Shown: piece by piece, positions 1-9,411 of the stretch
Position numbering within the stretch: position 1 is the stretch's first letter
Layout: each line of letters begins with the position of its first letter
From: an uncultured Candidatus Saccharibacteria bacterium
Lineage (GTDB): Bacteria > Patescibacteriota > Saccharimonadia > Saccharimonadales > UBA10212
Assembly (NCBI GenBank): GCA_964460855.1
Contig: CAYWQH010000002.1
Coordinates: 7,506 to 71,505, forward strand
Length of the DNA stretch: 64,000 nt
Direction: 5' to 3'
The notes under the pieces: generated by a model
Seen by the model: the letters and a program-made list of their open reading frames with translations, nothing else
What the model was told of the DNA's origin: nothing
Database searches by the model: none
Program-made: the position numbers and the translations under genes

Positions 1-477
1 AAACTCCTTAGTAAGGAACCAGATTACGCTACCGGGCTGATTTTCTACTTTTCTATATTCTTGGTATTCAGGAGGTGTATTAGCTAGCTTTGCTGATAGT
101 AATCCGCGTACATTTTCCAGAATAAAATATTTTGGCTGAATTTCTTTTACATAATCGAGGAATCTAACAATTACATTCCCCCTAAAATCGTCTAAACTTC
201 TACGCTTACCTGCAGTGCTAAAAGCTTGGCAAGGTGGGCCACCTGCGATTAAATCTAAACTTCCTTTAGCTAAATTTAAATCTTTTAATACTTGCCTAGG
301 GTCAACTTCATTTATGTCTGAATCGTACACTTTAATTTTCGGTCTATTAATTTTGATAGTCTCTACGCATTGCCGATTATTTTCGATACAGGCTAAAATG
401 CTAATTCCAGCTGCTTCCAACCCTAGATCTAGACCCATTGCGCCTGAAAATAGTGATAATGCCTTCATCTTGCCCAT
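1..477 (-). CDS. DNA (cytosine-5)-methyltransferase, N-terminal part (gene runs off left edge)
   Basis: Absent from the ORF track. My reverse translation from the ATG at 477-475 stays open to base 1. It reads MGKMKALSLFSGAMGLDLG...GGPPCQAFS...ENVRG, which matches C5-MTase motifs I, IV (PC catalytic Cys) and VI. The start overlaps the stop of the upstream gene (TAATG). Confidence 0.85.
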   Translation of the reverse strand, partial: MGKMKALSLFSGAMGLDLGLEAAGISILACIENNRQCVETIKINRPKIKVYDSDINEVDPRQVLKDLNLAKGSLDLIAGGPPCQAFSTAGKRRSLDDFRGNVIVRFLDYVKEIQPKYFILENVRGLLSAKLANTPPEYQEYRKVENQPGSVIWFLTKEF

Positions 478-1466
478 TAAATGTATTTCTCCAATACGTT
501 ATTAATAGTCCCGCCGTCAGTTTCTTTCATAAGTTGCTGCTCAAGCGCGGAGATTTTATCTTCGATTAACTCAATAAAGCTTGATTCCAAGATACCATTA
601 GACGACGCGTCAAGTAATTCAAATAATTTATTGTGAAAGTTCGCTTCTTCGCTAATAAAATCCCAAAATTCTCTACCAATCTTCATCCTTTTATCTGCAT
701 CAATCAAGTTACCCATTATTTGATTGGAAATGCGAGTACGCGTGCCATAGGTCATTCCAAGCATTCCTATTACATTTGCTTTTTTAGTTTCAATAAATTG
801 TATGGCTTCATTTAAGCTAGTCACCATACCTACATTCATAGTGTTAGGCCCGCTTTTTACCTGTATATAATAATCAGTCCCATCTAAGCTTTTTATAAGA
901 TCAAAATTAGTACCCGTTTTACCTTCGAGCGCAAAGTCATTCTTTTTGCAGCCTACGAAGCGAGCCATTTCTTCTACTGTATCACCCCAAGAGGTCACAA
1001 CTGAACGGGTGACAGTTTGATAAACATTAAATGCTACTACCTTACGCAAACTATCCAGATTTAGAGCTTTTGCAAGTAAGGGGTTAATATCGAAACTATC
1101 TATATTTAATCCTTTTACCATCTTTACTTGGGAAATCAAGAAATTCCTACCAAGATAAAAGACCCAAACCTCACCAATATTTTTATCGTTTGGCAGAGCA
1201 GAAGACAAACTGATCAGCTCGTTTAATTGATCGGCTGATAGTAAACAGACGCCACGTGAGTTCTTAATATTTTTTAATCTTTTTGGAGTCGCATTTAAGA
1301 ATTCATTAAGATTTCCATCAAAGTCAGCAGCAATGGCTCCGGCCTTAGCTTTGCCAATTCCCTGTATTTGCGAAGAAAGTCTAATGATGAGCTCATCTAC
1401 AGTTTCTTTTTGACCCTCTATTATTTCCTCTTCGTCAACAAATAAACCTAGATTTTGTATATCCAT
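477..1466 (-). CDS. putative type II restriction endonuclease partner of the C5-MTase
   Basis: A 329-aa ORF lies directly upstream of the MTase and overlaps it by 1 nt. It has an N-terminal helix-hairpin-helix-like IQGIGKAKAGAIAADF and a possible PD-(D/E)xK-like D...IQVK in FDLIKSLDGTDYYIQVKSG. The role is inferred from context only. Confidence 0.5.
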   Translation of the reverse strand: MDIQNLGLFVDEEEIIEGQKETVDELIIRLSSQIQGIGKAKAGAIAADFDGNLNEFLNATPKRLKNIKNSRGVCLLSADQLNELISLSSALPNDKNIGEVWVFYLGRNFLISQVKMVKGLNIDSFDINPLLAKALNLDSLRKVVAFNVYQTVTRSVVTSWGDTVEEMARFVGCKKNDFALEGKTGTNFDLIKSLDGTDYYIQVKSGPNTMNVGMVTSLNEAIQFIETKKANVIGMLGMTYGTRTRISNQIMGNLIDADKRMKIGREFWDFISEEANFHNKLFELLDASSNGILESSFIELIEDKISALEQQLMKETDGGTINNVLEKYI

Positions 1467-1630
1467 TTTCCAACCTTTTGTATACTTTTATTGTATTCAA
1501 TTTATAGTTTTTAGCCTAAAAATACTTACATAAAATTGAAGTATATTAGCTATGACTTTGAATGTAATAATCAAGAACTCTCTAATTGCGAGCTCTTTTA
1601 TTAATAAAAGTAACCAGGCGTTCGATCGAA

Positions 1631-1674
1631 TTTAACAAAAGGCCCGCAAACTTCTTTTCGGAAGTTTCCGGGCC
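1631..1674 (-). terminator. intrinsic terminator after tRNA-Gly
   Basis: On the minus strand, GGCCCGGAAACTTC/GAAGTTTGCGGGCC form a hairpin (1 mismatch) followed by TTTTGTT. It starts 1 nt after the tRNA 3' end. Confidence 0.6.
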
Positions 1675-1675
1675 T

Positions 1676-1752
1676 TGGTGCGGGTGAGGGGACTCTAACC
1701 CCTGGCCTCTTCCTTGGCAAGGAAGCGCTCTAAACAACTGAGCTACACCCGC
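1676..1752 (-). tRNA. tRNA-Gly (anticodon GCC), CCA encoded
   Basis: The reverse complement folds as a cloverleaf: acceptor GCGGGTG/CACCCGC, anticodon arm CTTCC-TTGCCAA-GGAAG, T arm AGGGG-TTAGAGT-CCCCT, then ACCA. The D loop and T loop carry U19/A56 instead of G19/C56. Confidence 0.9.
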
Positions 1753-1874
1753 ATGGGCATGAGACAATACCTTCTGCCTCTGTAATTAACGAGAGAATTA
1801 TAACAAACAGAGATCAATCAAGGCAATTGATGACTAGGTTTAGGTACAATATATAAGAATAATTGGAGATTACT

Positions 1875-2237
1875 ATGGGTGTGACAGGAATTGGTGGAAT
1901 TATTTTTAAGGCGAAAGATCCTAAGGCACTTAACGACTGGTATACAAAGTATTTGGGCGTTAATAACCTGAACGAAAATTACGATCCGTGGATGCAGAAA
2001 GCAGGCCCAACTGTATTCGCGGTGTTCCCGGAAGACAGCGACATGTTTAGCGAAACACAAAGCTTTATTTTAAATTTTCGAGTTGAAGGGTTGGAGGATT
2101 TCGTGAAACAACTGAAGTCGGATGGTGTGAAGTTTGTTAAAGAACTCGAAAACCAGGAAGGCGTTGGATTGTTCGCATCGATTGAAGATCCGGAAGGAAA
2201 CAGAGTGGAGTTATGGGAGCCATCAGAGGAATCTTAA
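1875..2237 (+). CDS. VOC/glyoxalase-family protein
   Basis: GVTGIGGIIFKAKDP...IEDPEGNRVELWEP is typical of the glyoxalase/bleomycin-resistance fold. The ATG at 1875 has GGAG 7 nt upstream, whereas the track start at 1863 is a TTG. Confidence 0.7.
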   Translation: MGVTGIGGIIFKAKDPKALNDWYTKYLGVNNLNENYDPWMQKAGPTVFAVFPEDSDMFSETQSFILNFRVEGLEDFVKQLKSDGVKFVKELENQEGVGLFASIEDPEGNRVELWEPSEES

Positions 2238-2325
2238 GAAAAAACTTTTAAGCAATTTATTTCACTGAGATCCGGGCAGCTAAGCCCTAAAGTAAGCAGT
2301 TGTATTAATAATTAAGGAGCTCGCA

Positions 2326-2634
2326 ATGCTTACAAGGATTTTATTATTTATAGTTGGATTTATAGAAGTGTTAATTGGGCTGCGCATCGCGCTGTTGTTC
2401 TTAGGAGCTAACCCCAATAGCCAGTTCGTGCATTGGATATATAGTTGGAGCAATCCGTTTGTAGCGCCGTTTGCCGGAGTATTTGGCCAGCACCCAGCCG
2501 TTACCGCTTTGGGGCAGGGCGCGGCAGTGCAGAGCATATTTGATTGGACAGCAGTTATTGCGTTTGTCTTTTACGCGATTATCGGTGCAGTATTAAGCCG
2601 CTTTACCGGCCGCAGACTTGCCCCCGCCGTATAA
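2326..2634 (+). CDS. YggT-like small membrane protein
   Basis: Three hydrophobic segments are present, the RBS is AAGGAG, and the N-terminal IVGFIEVLIGLRIALLFLG resembles the YggT family. Confidence 0.5.
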   Translation: MLTRILLFIVGFIEVLIGLRIALLFLGANPNSQFVHWIYSWSNPFVAPFAGVFGQHPAVTALGQGAAVQSIFDWTAVIAFVFYAIIGAVLSRFTGRRLAPAV

Positions 2635-2792
2635 ATTAAATATGTTTTAATATGAGATTAGTTAAATGTCAAGTATAAGAGTATAGTTAGTAGTAACAGG
2701 GCCGCAGCAACACTAAAGATCTCGTTGGGAGCAAGCGTAAAGATTGTAGTTGGCCGTACAGACAATATCAATTCTTAACGAGAGGCATATTT

Positions 2793-2936
2793 ATGCAACT
2801 ATTTGCACCATTCAAAAAACAAGAGCAAACCAGGGTTCCTAACTCGCTATATATTCGAACACCTATTACGAATTCGGAGCCAGAAGCCAAACCAGACGAA
2901 ACTGTAAAACCGCCTATCGAAGCGGAAGCTACATAA
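2793..2936 (+). CDS. hypothetical small protein (47 aa)
   Basis: The ATG is preceded by GAGAGG and the ORF MQLFAPFKKQEQ... ends 5 nt before a strong terminator hairpin. It is too short for the ORF track. Confidence 0.3.
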   Translation: MQLFAPFKKQEQTRVPNSLYIRTPITNSEPEAKPDETVKPPIEAEAT

Positions 2937-2940
2937 AAGC

Positions 2941-2983
2941 CGGGAGCCCCGAATCTAGCCCGGGGCTCCCGTTAATTGATTTT
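2941..2983 (+). terminator. intrinsic terminator
   Basis: A perfect 11-bp stem CGGGAGCCCCG/CGGGGCTCCCG with a 9-nt loop is followed by TTAATTGATTTT. Confidence 0.6.
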
Positions 2984-2992
2984 GAAAGGCAT

Positions 2993-3196
2993 GTGATGAA
3001 AAACATGGAGCCGCTCAAAAAACATAAATTATCATTAGCCCAAAAATACAAACTTTATTTAAGCAAAGGCCCCGGGCCAAAGGTCAAATTATCCAATAGT
3101 TATAACTTATTTGACGACCTTAATTTAAAAGACAAAGCAATGATTAGATCAGTAAAGAAATTTCTTAGCTCACGCAGCAAACAGATTAGGCACTAA
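2993..3196 (+). CDS. hypothetical basic protein (67 aa)
   Basis: ORF only. It is Lys-rich with no recognisable motif and sits in a low-GC stretch. Confidence 0.35.
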   Translation: MMKNMEPLKKHKLSLAQKYKLYLSKGPGPKVKLSNSYNLFDDLNLKDKAMIRSVKKFLSSRSKQIRH

Positions 3197-3272
3197 GCTT
3201 ACATATACTTTAACTAGCAAATAGAATTGCTAATGCTTGCTTTAACAAGGAGCAAAGCAGATTATTAGCATT

Positions 3273-3725
3273 ATGAGTGAAGCCATTAATGCGCCATTTC
3301 AACTGCCCCTAGATGAGGGCCGCATTACCGCGACGTGGTTTGCAGACACCGCAATTTGGGTGTGCGGTTATCGCCATGCAATAGACACAAAAAATGATGT
3401 GGAGCTTTTAGAGAATCAAAAGATCTCCTTAAACAATAACTTCGCGAATGCCAATTTGCTTGAGCCGAACCCTGAAATTTTTGAATTTAACGACTGGGAT
3501 TTAGAAAGTGAAAATCTTAGACAAAGTAGCGAAATCATCGGTAAATGCTTATTAAGAGTATCGGCATCTATTGTGCCCTATGTGGACCTTGATTTATGCG
3601 ATCCTAATGCGGACCTGCAAGTGCGGCCCCCGACTCCCGCAGAATTTGAAAGATATTATATTGAGTTAGATTTGAAAAAGGGCGCTAAAGCTATAAAGCA
3701 AACATTTGGCGCATCAATATTATGA
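3273..3725 (+). CDS. hypothetical protein (150 aa, acidic)
   Basis: A long ORF in a low-GC stretch with no recognisable motif. Confidence 0.55.
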   Translation: MSEAINAPFQLPLDEGRITATWFADTAIWVCGYRHAIDTKNDVELLENQKISLNNNFANANLLEPNPEIFEFNDWDLESENLRQSSEIIGKCLLRVSASIVPYVDLDLCDPNADLQVRPPTPAEFERYYIELDLKKGAKAIKQTFGASIL

Positions 3726-3779
3726 ATCAGATAATATTATAGGAAGATAATCCCGTGAAATTTCAAAGTATTTTGAAGT

Positions 3780-4217
3780 ATGAGTGAACTTAGTAAAATT
3801 ATTGATCAAAAGTTTGAAGTTGGTATGGACTACTACATGTCCGGCAGTGAATCGGTGGTAATGAGCAAAACTCCACTTGGCATTAAATACGAATTACTAG
3901 GCTTGGATAGTTTACAGGCACCCGATAGCAGATGTATTTTGTCCAGGAATTGCTTGGGCAGCCCTTTGCTAAGAGTTAATGGAATAGGCATTATGTCGTG
4001 GGGAGTAGAAATTCCGCGCCTGGAAGGCGATAAAAGATCTTTAGAAGATTTGTCGTTAGAAGCTATATTTGGACATGCGTTCGCCGTAGGCACTTATGAC
4101 GAAAAACTGGAAGTTATAGATATTGGAGGAAGTTTACGCCCTGAGTGGATGAGCATTGACGGTCTGGTATTAGCAATCAGCAATATGAGAGTTGCTAAAA
4201 GAATTCCTTGCCTATAA
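3780..4217 (+). CDS. hypothetical protein (145 aa)
   Basis: A long ORF co-directional with the previous one, with no recognisable motif. Confidence 0.55.
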   Translation: MSELSKIIDQKFEVGMDYYMSGSESVVMSKTPLGIKYELLGLDSLQAPDSRCILSRNCLGSPLLRVNGIGIMSWGVEIPRLEGDKRSLEDLSLEAIFGHAFAVGTYDEKLEVIDIGGSLRPEWMSIDGLVLAISNMRVAKRIPCL

Positions 4218-4332
4218 GAGCGAATCCGGTTTAAGGATAAAGCGTCATAGGCATTTGGTAATTAACCATGCTTATGCTATAATATAAATTAATAGTTACT
4301 TTTTACGGCGCTATTACAGAGCGCCTTTTTAT

Positions 4333-6159
4333 ATGAGCAAAGACCCGTCTAAAATTCGTAACATTGCTATTATCGCGCATGTTGACCATGGTAAAACCAC
4401 TCTAGTTGATGGTTTTTTAAAGCAGAGCCATGCTTTTCGCGACAACCAGGCCGAGATGAGCCAGGATTTAATTATGGACAGCGGCGACCAGGAGCGTGAG
4501 CGGGGCATTACAATAACTGCCAAAGTTACAGCCGTCCAGCGCGACGACCTTCATATTAATATTATAGATACGCCCGGCCACGCCGACTTTAGCGGTGAGG
4601 TAGAGCGCACCATTAATATGGCAGACGGCTGTTTGCTGATAGTGGATGCGCAGGAAGGGCCGATGCCCCAAACCAAGTTCGTATTAGGAATCGCTCTGGC
4701 CAATGAGCTGAAACCAATAGTTATAATTAACAAAATTGATAAAAGCGGCGCCCGGATTGCCGAAGTTGAAGATGAATTAGCCGACTTATTTTTAGAATTA
4801 GCAGTTCATGAAGACCAACTTCATTACCCAATTTACTACGCCGTCGGCCGTACCGGCAAAGCTTGGGAACAAGCTCCTATTGATTTTGAAGCAGATGGTG
4901 ATTTGTCGGTTATTTTCGACGCCATCCGCGATAAGATTCTGGCGCCAAAAGTTGAGATAGACAAGCCTTTCCAGATGCTGGTATCGGCTTTAGCTTACGA
5001 CAACTTTAAAGGCAAACACGCGATTGGCCGTATTAGCCGCGGCAGCGTAAAACCCGGCGATCAAGTGACGATTTGTAAAATTGACGGTACGCAAACCAAA
5101 GCCAAAGTGGATTCGGTGATTGTAAGCCACGGTACCGGCAAGGCCGAAGCTGCCGAAGGAATTGCTGGCGACATTGTGCAGCTTACCGGTATTGCCGATG
5201 TAAAAATAGGCGAAACTATCGCAGATTATAACCAGCCCGACGCCCTGCCGGTAATGGACGTAGAAGCACCGAAGCTTAAAATTTATCTGGGCCCCAATAC
5301 CAGCCCGTTTAAGGGTACTGAGGGAGAATTTTATACCAGCCGCCAAATTGGCGACCGGCTAGAAAAGGAGTTAGAGACCAACGTAGGATTGCGAGTTGAA
5401 GAGAACGGCATTGGCTTTACCGTGGCTGGCCGCGGCGAACTGCACTTGTCAGTTTTAATTGAAGAATTACGCCGCGAAGGTTATGAGTTTGAAGTAGGCC
5501 GGCCCCAGGCAGTTACCATCGAAGAAAATGGCCAAACGGTCGAGCCGGTCGAAGAGCTGATTATAGAAGTTCCAGCTGAGCATGTCGGCGCGGTTCAACA
5601 GGAGTTGGGTATGCGCCGAGCAGTACTGCGCGAGCAATTTAGCAACTCCAAGGGAGTGTCGAAACTTATTTACGAAATACCTACCCGGGCACTGCTTGGC
5701 CTGCGTAATAACTTGATTACTGCAACCCGGGGCACGGTAATTATGAATAGCCTGATGATTGGTTACGAGCCAGTAGGGCCTTCGCTGCAAAAGCTGCGTA
5801 ACGGTGTATTAATTGCCTGGGAAACCGGTACCACTATGGCCTATAGCCTGGAAACCGCCGAAACGCGCGGAACTATTTTTGTAGGACCGGGAAGCAAAGT
5901 TTATGCCGGCCAGATTATCGGCTTGAACCGCCGAAATGATGACATGGAAATTAACGTTTGCAAAACCAAGCATTTAACTAACATGCGAAGCAGCAGCAGC
6001 GACGGAACCGTCCAACTTACTCCGCCGAGAATTTTTAGCCTCGAAGAATGCCTGGACTTTTTAGAAAACGACGAGCTATTAGAGGTTACGCCAAAAGCCC
6101 TTCGGCTGCGCAAGCGCCATCTGGACCCTGCAAGCCGCAAGCGCGCCAAATCTGTTTGA
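4333..6159 (+). CDS. typA: translational GTPase TypA/BipA
   Basis: IRNIAIIAHVDHGKTTLVD (G1), DTPGHADF (G3) and NKID (G4) are present. The 608-aa length and C-terminal region are typical of BipA. Confidence 0.95.
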   Translation: MSKDPSKIRNIAIIAHVDHGKTTLVDGFLKQSHAFRDNQAEMSQDLIMDSGDQERERGITITAKVTAVQRDDLHINIIDTPGHADFSGEVERTINMADGCLLIVDAQEGPMPQTKFVLGIALANELKPIVIINKIDKSGARIAEVEDELADLFLELAVHEDQLHYPIYYAVGRTGKAWEQAPIDFEADGDLSVIFDAIRDKILAPKVEIDKPFQMLVSALAYDNFKGKHAIGRISRGSVKPGDQVTICKIDGTQTKAKVDSVIVSHGTGKAEAAEGIAGDIVQLTGIADVKIGETIADYNQPDALPVMDVEAPKLKIYLGPNTSPFKGTEGEFYTSRQIGDRLEKELETNVGLRVEENGIGFTVAGRGELHLSVLIEELRREGYEFEVGRPQAVTIEENGQTVEPVEELIIEVPAEHVGAVQQELGMRRAVLREQFSNSKGVSKLIYEIPTRALLGLRNNLITATRGTVIMNSLMIGYEPVGPSLQKLRNGVLIAWETGTTMAYSLETAETRGTIFVGPGSKVYAGQIIGLNRRNDDMEINVCKTKHLTNMRSSSSDGTVQLTPPRIFSLEECLDFLENDELLEVTPKALRLRKRHLDPASRKRAKSV

Positions 6160-6229
6160 GTGATATTATCGATAGCTAAATTAAAGCCGTAAGCGCATAC
6201 TTATAGCTTAACTATATGTGAGGATTACC

Positions 6230-6301
6230 ATGTCTAAAGATAGAGGCCGTAAAGAAAAAAAGACGCCAAAGGCGCCAAAGATAACCACTCAAAAATTTTA
6301 A
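6230..6301 (+). CDS. possible 23-aa basic micro-protein
   Basis: GAGGA lies 5 nt upstream of the ATG and the ORF reads MSKDRGRKEKKTPKAPKITTQKF. There is no other support. Confidence 0.25.
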   Translation: MSKDRGRKEKKTPKAPKITTQKF

Positions 6302-6387
6302 TTATCATTCAAACTGGAACAATCACAACATTAATTGAACCTGCTGTTTATTGTATGGTTGGCAAGATGTTGAGATACTAAAAGTCT

Positions 6388-7929
6388 ATGCAACAAAAAG
6401 AGGCGTTGGATATTTTAAAGATGGGGCACAACGTGTACCTGACCGGGGCTGCAGGCAGTGGCAAAACTTATATTTTAAATAAATATATTGAATATTTGCG
6501 GGCTAATAAAATTGTAGTTGGCATCACGGCCAGTACCGGAATAGCCGCCACGCATATGAACGGTATGACCCTGCATTCGTGGGCAGGATTGGGTCTGGGC
6601 GAAGCGGTGGATATTGAACGGACTTTGGCAAAAAAGACAATTGGAAAAAGGGTAGCCGATACCCGGGTTTTAATCATTGACGAAGTGTCGATGCTCGACG
6701 GTCGGATACTCGACGCGGTTGACGCCATTACCCGGGCGTTTAAAGATAGCTCGAAACCATTTGGTGGCTTGCAAGTTGTGCTAAGTGGAGATTTGTTTCA
6801 GCTGCCGCCGGTAACAAAAACCGGTGAGCCGTTTTTTGTGTTTGAATCAGAAGCCTGGAAATCCATGAATTTAAAAATCTGCTATATAAATGAGCAGCAC
6901 CGCCAGGACGACAGCAATTTATTGTATATATTAAATGCCATACGCTCCAACTCAATAGACGAATCGCATTTTGAAGAACTGAGCCAGCGGATTAAGCCGG
7001 CGCCCAGCAACGAGGAAGTAATAAAACTGTATACCCATAATGTGCACGTTGATGGCATTAACGAAGCGGAACTTAAGAAATTAAAGGCCGATTCTAAAAC
7101 TTATAAAATGACCAGCAGCGGCCGCAAAAGCGCCGTTGAGTCGCTGATTAACCGCTGCCTGGCGCCTGAAAAGTTAGTATTAAAACTCGGCTGCGAAGTA
7201 ATGTTCGTAGCTAACAACCCAGGCAAGCAGTTTTATAACGGCACGCTCGGCAAAGTTATCAAATTTACCGAAGACGGCCGGCCGGTAGTGCAAACCAAAG
7301 ACCGGCAGATCACGGTTGAAGAACACACTTGGAAGACATTGGACGGTGATAAAACGATTGCCGAAGTAAACCAACTGCCGCTGCGCCTAGCCTGGGCGAT
7401 CACCATTCATAAAAGCCAGGGTATGAGTTTGGACGCTGCCGAAATAGATTTAAGCCGTTCGTTTGAACCGGGTATGGGTTATGTTGCATTGTCGCGTGTG
7501 CGCAGCATCGACGGGCTATATATAAAAGGAATAAATAATATGGCGATGGTAGTTAACCCGAAAATTATCGAACTCGATAGTACTTTAAAAACATCGAGTC
7601 GCCAAGCCGTTGCCGGTTTGAAATTAATGAGCCGGGAGACTATAGAAAAACACCACGAAACAGTTCGCAAGGCACTCCAACCAGAAGAAGCCCAGTTGCT
7701 GGAAGATTATGACGAAGCATTATTTGATAAGTTAAGATTGTGGCGTACCAAGCAGGCAACCGTCAGGAGCGTTCCGGCCTACGTAATTTTGCCTGATAAA
7801 ACCTTAAAATTAATTGCCGCGGTGCTGCCCAAAAACGAGTTGGAGCTGTCTCGCATTAGCGGTATCGGCAGCCAAAAATTAGAACAATTTTCGGCCGACC
7901 TACTTAAATTGACCAAAGCCGCTATATAA
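6388..7929 (+). CDS. Pif1/RecD-family (SF1B) DNA helicase with C-terminal HRDC domain
   Basis: Walker A GAAGSGKT, Walker B LIIDEVSM, and the late motifs HKSQGMS and YVALSRVRS are present. The C-terminal LWRTKQA...VPAYVILPDKTLKLIA...ISGIGSQKLEQF is HRDC-like. Confidence 0.85.
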   Translation: MQQKEALDILKMGHNVYLTGAAGSGKTYILNKYIEYLRANKIVVGITASTGIAATHMNGMTLHSWAGLGLGEAVDIERTLAKKTIGKRVADTRVLIIDEVSMLDGRILDAVDAITRAFKDSSKPFGGLQVVLSGDLFQLPPVTKTGEPFFVFESEAWKSMNLKICYINEQHRQDDSNLLYILNAIRSNSIDESHFEELSQRIKPAPSNEEVIKLYTHNVHVDGINEAELKKLKADSKTYKMTSSGRKSAVESLINRCLAPEKLVLKLGCEVMFVANNPGKQFYNGTLGKVIKFTEDGRPVVQTKDRQITVEEHTWKTLDGDKTIAEVNQLPLRLAWAITIHKSQGMSLDAAEIDLSRSFEPGMGYVALSRVRSIDGLYIKGINNMAMVVNPKIIELDSTLKTSSRQAVAGLKLMSRETIEKHHETVRKALQPEEAQLLEDYDEALFDKLRLWRTKQATVRSVPAYVILPDKTLKLIAAVLPKNELELSRISGIGSQKLEQFSADLLKLTKAAI

Positions 7930-7953
7930 ATTTTTTATGTGTACAATTAGGTT

Positions 7954-9048
7954 ATGAAAAAAGCGCAATTGCTTTTGGGGATAATAATTGTTGGCATCGG
8001 CGTTGCGCTTACTTACCACGTGTTTGAAAATATAGTCCATTCGGGAATCGATTTAATTTGGTACGACTGGTTTAATACCGACGAGCACCGATTACTAGTT
8101 ATTCCATTAGCCATAGTATTTTCGTTAGCCTTCTTTGGCATCCAGCATGTGTTAGATAAAAAATCGGAGAGCCACCAGGAACATGGGCTGGGCAATATGC
8201 CCGATCCAACCGCCTGGAATTATTCTAAAGTTTTGTTGATTGGATTTTTCAGCCTTATAGCTGGGGCATCGCTTGGGCCGGAAGCAATATTGGTGCCGGC
8301 CAGTATGATTTTGGGCGCGTTGGTTGGCGTAAAGCTTTCGAAAGACAAACTATTGGCCAAAATACTTACAGCGGCGGCAATCGTCGCGCTGTTTACAGCC
8401 TTTTTCCATTCGATTATCGTCGGTGTTTTGTCGGTAATGTTAGTTACAAAGCAGGCCAAGGTAAAAGTTAACCCTAAAATTATTTTAATCGCGTTAATAT
8501 CGTCTGTTACTTCGTACCTCACTCTACTGCTAGTTGGCGGTAAAAGTTACTTTCATTTTCCGCCGTATAGCTGGGCCATAAATATAAAGACGATCTTGGC
8601 TTGCCTATTATTAGTAGCGGCAGGCTTTGCTGTGAACTACAGCCTCAAATACGTTTTTGATATAGCCAAAAAAATTCATACAGTGGCTGCCGGCAAAAGC
8701 TGGTTAAGAACCGCCTTGCTGGCGGCCATAGTACTGTCGATATTGTACCTTCTTGGCGGGCCGCTGGTAGAGTTTACCGGCAACGAATCAATTGTGCCGA
8801 TGCTTAACCAATCTGCATCGTTAGGATTATCCGGTTTGCTCGTATTGGTAGTAACAAAAGTAGCGGCTATGGCCTGGAGTAAAGGTGCCGGTTATCGTGG
8901 CGGTATGATCTTTCCGACGATATTTTTAGCCTCGGTACTAATTGCTATAGTCCAGCTATATATTAAGGATTTTAATTTTATATACGGACTAATTACAGTT
9001 TTATTCGGGGCTTTTGTAGCCGACCGTAAAACTGAGGTGCTGGTTTAA
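7954..9048 (+). CDS. ClC-like chloride channel family membrane protein (short form)
   Basis: It is polytopic, and GASLGPEAILVPASMILGA and GYRGGMIFPTIFLAS resemble the ClC GxEGP and GxFxP selectivity motifs. Confidence 0.55.
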   Translation: MKKAQLLLGIIIVGIGVALTYHVFENIVHSGIDLIWYDWFNTDEHRLLVIPLAIVFSLAFFGIQHVLDKKSESHQEHGLGNMPDPTAWNYSKVLLIGFFSLIAGASLGPEAILVPASMILGALVGVKLSKDKLLAKILTAAAIVALFTAFFHSIIVGVLSVMLVTKQAKVKVNPKIILIALISSVTSYLTLLLVGGKSYFHFPPYSWAINIKTILACLLLVAAGFAVNYSLKYVFDIAKKIHTVAAGKSWLRTALLAAIVLSILYLLGGPLVEFTGNESIVPMLNQSASLGLSGLLVLVVTKVAAMAWSKGAGYRGGMIFPTIFLASVLIAIVQLYIKDFNFIYGLITVLFGAFVADRKTEVLV

Positions 9049-9410
9049 TTTTTTAGTTCGTTGCGCTTGGCTTGGGCTTGGACCAGGCGGGTTAATATTT
9101 CGGTAGGAACAGCTTGGTCGTATTGGATTTGAAAGTTTTTGCTGCCGGTTTTATAGCCAGCGGTTTCGAGCTCTTCACGGTCCTGAATGGATAGGCCGTC
9201 CCAAACTTCAACGCCTAAATGCTTGCTGTACAAAGTGATGCCGGTCATCCAGCCGTGGTATTTGTAATAAGGTTTGCCGTAGCCCATGGTTTCTTCGGCA
9301 TCGGGCACGGCCGCCAATATTACTTGTCGCAATTGTCCTATTAGTTCGCGGGAGTTTTCTGGCGCTTCGATTACGAATTGGGCAACTGTTGCGGCTTTAC
9401 TAGCTTTCAT
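9045..9410 (-). CDS. DUF1801 (YdhG-like) domain protein
   Basis: MKASKAATVAQFVIEAPENSRELIGQLRQVILAAVPDAEETMGYGKPYYKYHG is typical of DUF1801. I prefer the ATG at 9410, just after the MFS stop, over the track start at 9464. Confidence 0.7.
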   Translation of the reverse strand: MKASKAATVAQFVIEAPENSRELIGQLRQVILAAVPDAEETMGYGKPYYKYHGWMTGITLYSKHLGVEVWDGLSIQDREELETAGYKTGSKNFQIQYDQAVPTEILTRLVQAQAKRNELKN

Positions 9411-9411
9411 A

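Noticed and set aside
215-505. Plus-strand 96-aa ORF at the left end
   Set aside because: It lies antisense to a reading frame with unmistakable C5-methyltransferase motifs (FSGAMGLDLG, GGPPCQAFS, ENV). It has no RBS and an odd composition.
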